Source of the DNA: Synechococcus sp.
GTDB taxonomy: Bacteria > Cyanobacteriota > Cyanobacteriia > PCC-6307 > Cyanobiaceae
Assembly: GCA_047285305.1 (NCBI GenBank)
Contig: JBJBDL010000003.1
Span: 224,001-288,000, forward strand
Length of the DNA: 64,000 nt
Direction of reading: 5' to 3'
The notes under the pieces were generated by a model that saw only the letters and a program-made list of their open reading frames with translations, made no database searches and was not told the origin of the DNA. Position 1 is the stretch's first letter. The number at the start of each line of letters is the position of its first letter. The translations under genes were made by a program, and so were the position numbers. This document shows positions 61,701-64,000 of this stretch, piece by piece.

Positions 61701-62245
61701 GGATTAAGCTCCAGATAAGGTAACAACTGATCTCGCTCACTTAGGGCAGACACAGGCTTTGGCCAATCAATCGATAGTGTTGCATCATCCCAGCGGATAC
61801 CGCCCTCAGAGCCAGGAATCCAAGAACCTGAGTGCAAATACAACATTTCACTCGAAGCTTCCAAAACCTGAAAACCATGGGCACAGCCCTCAGGGATCAT
61901 CAAAGCGTTGCCCTGCTCAGCGCTCAGCTCCACTGCATGCCAACAGCCAAACGTTGATGAAGTCTCACGAAGATCCACCGCGACATCCCACACACGGCCA
62001 CGCAGAGCTCTTACCAACTTGGCCTCTGCATGGGGTGCTAACTGCAGATGCATTCCACGCACAGTACCTACTGCCTCAGTTCGGCTGACATTGACTTGGG
62101 AAACAGGGCGATCTCCCCAAGCCTCTTGAAACACCGGATCTTGAAGTCGAAATGCATTCAGAAAGGCACCACGATGATCTTCAAATGGTTGGGAATAAAG
62201 CTCAAATACTCCTGGAATAGAGGTACTTAAGAGTTCAGCTGCCAC
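61697..62245 (-). CDS. rfbC: NDP-4-keto-6-deoxyhexose 3,5-epimerase
   Basis: DHRG, RGMHLQ, DVAVDLR, IPEGCAHGFQ, RWDD, LSERD. Confidence 0.88.
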   Translation of the reverse strand: MAAELLSTSIPGVFELYSQPFEDHRGAFLNAFRLQDPVFQEAWGDRPVSQVNVSRTEAVGTVRGMHLQLAPHAEAKLVRALRGRVWDVAVDLRETSSTFGCWHAVELSAEQGNALMIPEGCAHGFQVLEASSEMLYLHSGSWIPGSEGGIRWDDATLSIDWPKPVSALSERDQLLPYLELNP

Positions 62246-63323
62246 AACCCATTACCTCCTGATAAGCCTTGAGATCGTCAAGACAACAATCAATTGGATT
62301 ACACCCCTCAGCCACACGTCGGTACCAATTCACACTGCGCTCAACCGTTGTGTGAAATTTCCAACAAGGTCGCCACCCCAATTGATGGTAAGCAGAATCA
62401 ATCTGTAGATGCAAACGCCCAGCCTCATGGGGAGCAGCTGGATCAGAGCAATCAACCCATTCGCCATGCCAGTGCTCAAATACAGCATCAAGTAACTGTC
62501 GCACGCTTCGATTGGCCTCAAGCAGCGGTCCAAAATTAAAGGCCTTGGAATAAGCAGTTGGGTTATCGCTCAACCTCTGGGCCAACAACAAATAGCCACC
62601 GAGCGGCTCCAAAACATGTTGCCAAGGTCTTGTGGCCTCAGGTGATCTCACAATAACGGGCTTACCATTGGCGACAGCTCGCATCGCATCGGGCAGCAAA
62701 CGATCCTCAGCCCAGTCACCGCCGCCAATTACATTACCGGCACGAGCAGTGGCTATTGCCAGTTGGCTCGTCTGATGCGCAGCTGAGCCACAAAAACTAG
62801 CCCGCCAACTAGCAATAGCCAATTCAGCAGCAGCCTTACTTGCGCTGTAAGGATCAAGACCACCCAGCCGATCCGTTTCCCTATAACCGTGATCCCATTC
62901 ATGATTGTCGTACACCTTGTCGGTAGTTACCATGACGACCACACAAGGATGATTCAACCCCATTAGGGCTTCCAGAAGATGAAGACTACCCTGCACGTTG
63001 GTGGCCCAAGTGCCCAAAGGGTCGCGGTAGCTTTTACGAACCAACGGCTGCGCCGCCAAGTGGAATACAACCTGAGGCTGTGACTCTGCCACTACAGATT
63101 TTAATGCACGGCGATCACTCAAATCACCCAGGCGGTGATAGAAACCAGAGATATCTTCTAGTTCAAGATCATTAAAAAGCGAGCCATTGACCTCAGGCGG
63201 CAGGGCATAGCCCCAAACCTGTGCTCCAAGCTGCATTAGCCACAGCGATAACCAGCTGCCTTTAAAACCCGTATGACCAGTGAGCAGGACCCGCCGTTCA
63301 GCCCAAAATGAGGAATTAAGCAT
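62235..63323 (-). CDS. rfbG: CDP-glucose 4,6-dehydratase
   Basis: TGHTGFKGSWL, HLAAQPLVR, TTDKVY, YSASK, RAGNVIGGGDW, RPWQHVLEPL. ATG 63323 overlaps the rfbF stop. Confidence 0.93.
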   Translation of the reverse strand: MLNSSFWAERRVLLTGHTGFKGSWLSLWLMQLGAQVWGYALPPEVNGSLFNDLELEDISGFYHRLGDLSDRRALKSVVAESQPQVVFHLAAQPLVRKSYRDPLGTWATNVQGSLHLLEALMGLNHPCVVVMVTTDKVYDNHEWDHGYRETDRLGGLDPYSASKAAAELAIASWRASFCGSAAHQTSQLAIATARAGNVIGGGDWAEDRLLPDAMRAVANGKPVIVRSPEATRPWQHVLEPLGGYLLLAQRLSDNPTAYSKAFNFGPLLEANRSVRQLLDAVFEHWHGEWVDCSDPAAPHEAGRLHLQIDSAYHQLGWRPCWKFHTTVERSVNWYRRVAEGCNPIDCCLDDLKAYQEVMGCGS

Positions 63324-64000
63324 CACCATAACTTCCAGGGAGCCTTGCCATTCGCCCACAAGTCCTCAAGTCGATTTCGGTCACGAAGAGTGTCCATAGG
63401 CTGCCAAAAGCCCTGGTGACGGTAAGCGGTGAGTTGATCATCTGCTGCGACATAAGGCAAAACGTCCGATTCCCAGCTGGTTGAATCTCCACTGATCCGG
63501 TCAATTACGCTGGGTTCCAGCACAAAGAAGCCTCCATTAATCCAAGCGTTATCGCCATCTGGCTTCTCCTGAAACTGTTTAACCGAATTTCCATCCAATT
63601 GCAAAGCACCATACTTCCCTGGTGGCTGAACAGCCGTAAGTGTGACCTGTCGACCTTGTTCCTTGTGATGAGAAATCAAGGCTTTAATATCCACGTCAGC
63701 AACCCCATCACCATAGGTAAAACAAAAACTACTGCTACCAAGATAATCTCGGACACGTCTCAATCGACCACCTGTCTGACTTAACTCACCAGTATCGACC
63801 AAGGTAATTTTCCAGGGCTCACTTTTTCGATGGTGAACCTCCATGCGATTGTCGTTATCCATATGAAATGTGACGTCACTCGTATGAAGAAAATAATTAG
63901 CAAAATATTCTTTAATTAAATATCCTTTGTATCCACAGCAGATGATGAATTCATTAACATTATAATAGCTAAAGACCTTTAAAATGTGCCACAGAATAGG
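63323..64000 (-). CDS. rfbF: Glucose-1-phosphate cytidylyltransferase (5' end outside the window)
   Basis: PILWHILK, CCGYKG, TGGRL, TYGDGV, WINGGFF, FWQPMDTLRD. The frame is open to the window edge. Confidence 0.93.
   Translation of the reverse strand, partial: PILWHILKVFSYYNVNEFIICCGYKGYLIKEYFANYFLHTSDVTFHMDNDNRMEVHHRKSEPWKITLVDTGELSQTGGRLRRVRDYLGSSSFCFTYGDGVADVDIKALISHHKEQGRQVTLTAVQPPGKYGALQLDGNSVKQFQEKPDGDNAWINGGFFVLEPSVIDRISGDSTSWESDVLPYVAADDQLTAYRHQGFWQPMDTLRDRNRLEDLWANGKAPWKLW

Larger units (their letters stand above)
42690..64000. other. AT-rich glycan biosynthesis genomic island (continues past the window)
   Basis: Abrupt GC drop after tktA; about 20 sugar-modification genes; no integrase seen. 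Confidence 0.88.

Overview
This window looks like a marine Synechococcus (picocyanobacterial) chromosome. A GC-rich core backbone carries galE, a selD fusion, a tRNA nucleotidyltransferase, kdsA-D, pcrA/uvrD, ho1, mtnN, icd, glcF/glcE, galM, a Na+/H+ antiporter, glgP, tRNA-Arg(CCT), rnpB, rnc, ndhS, rimM, manC, glmS, psaC, acpP-fabF and tktA. Two AT-rich cell-surface glycan islands interrupt it. The small island (~11.9-17.5 kb) holds a GT2, a Wzy/WaaL-like protein, an ABC exporter and a second GT. The large island starts right after tktA (~42.7 kb) and runs off the window end. It contains (i) pseB-pseC followed by non-canonical redox, aminotransferase and cytidylyltransferase genes, (ii) a divergent module with a three-domain adenylation-carrier-AAC(3)-fold protein, a tandem Fe-S flavoprotein and a DUF4910/M28-like protein, and (iii) a CDP-sugar operon predicted to make a C-methyl-branched, N-formylated, O-methylated 4-amino-4,6-dideoxyhexose, plus two Fe/2OG dioxygenases. 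The NRPS-like acyl-loading module is the best candidate for an undescribed system. Several decayed genes are present (a K+ channel, a GT2 remnant). No CRISPR array, IS element or integrase was seen. All assignments come from motif recognition by eye; no database searches were run.
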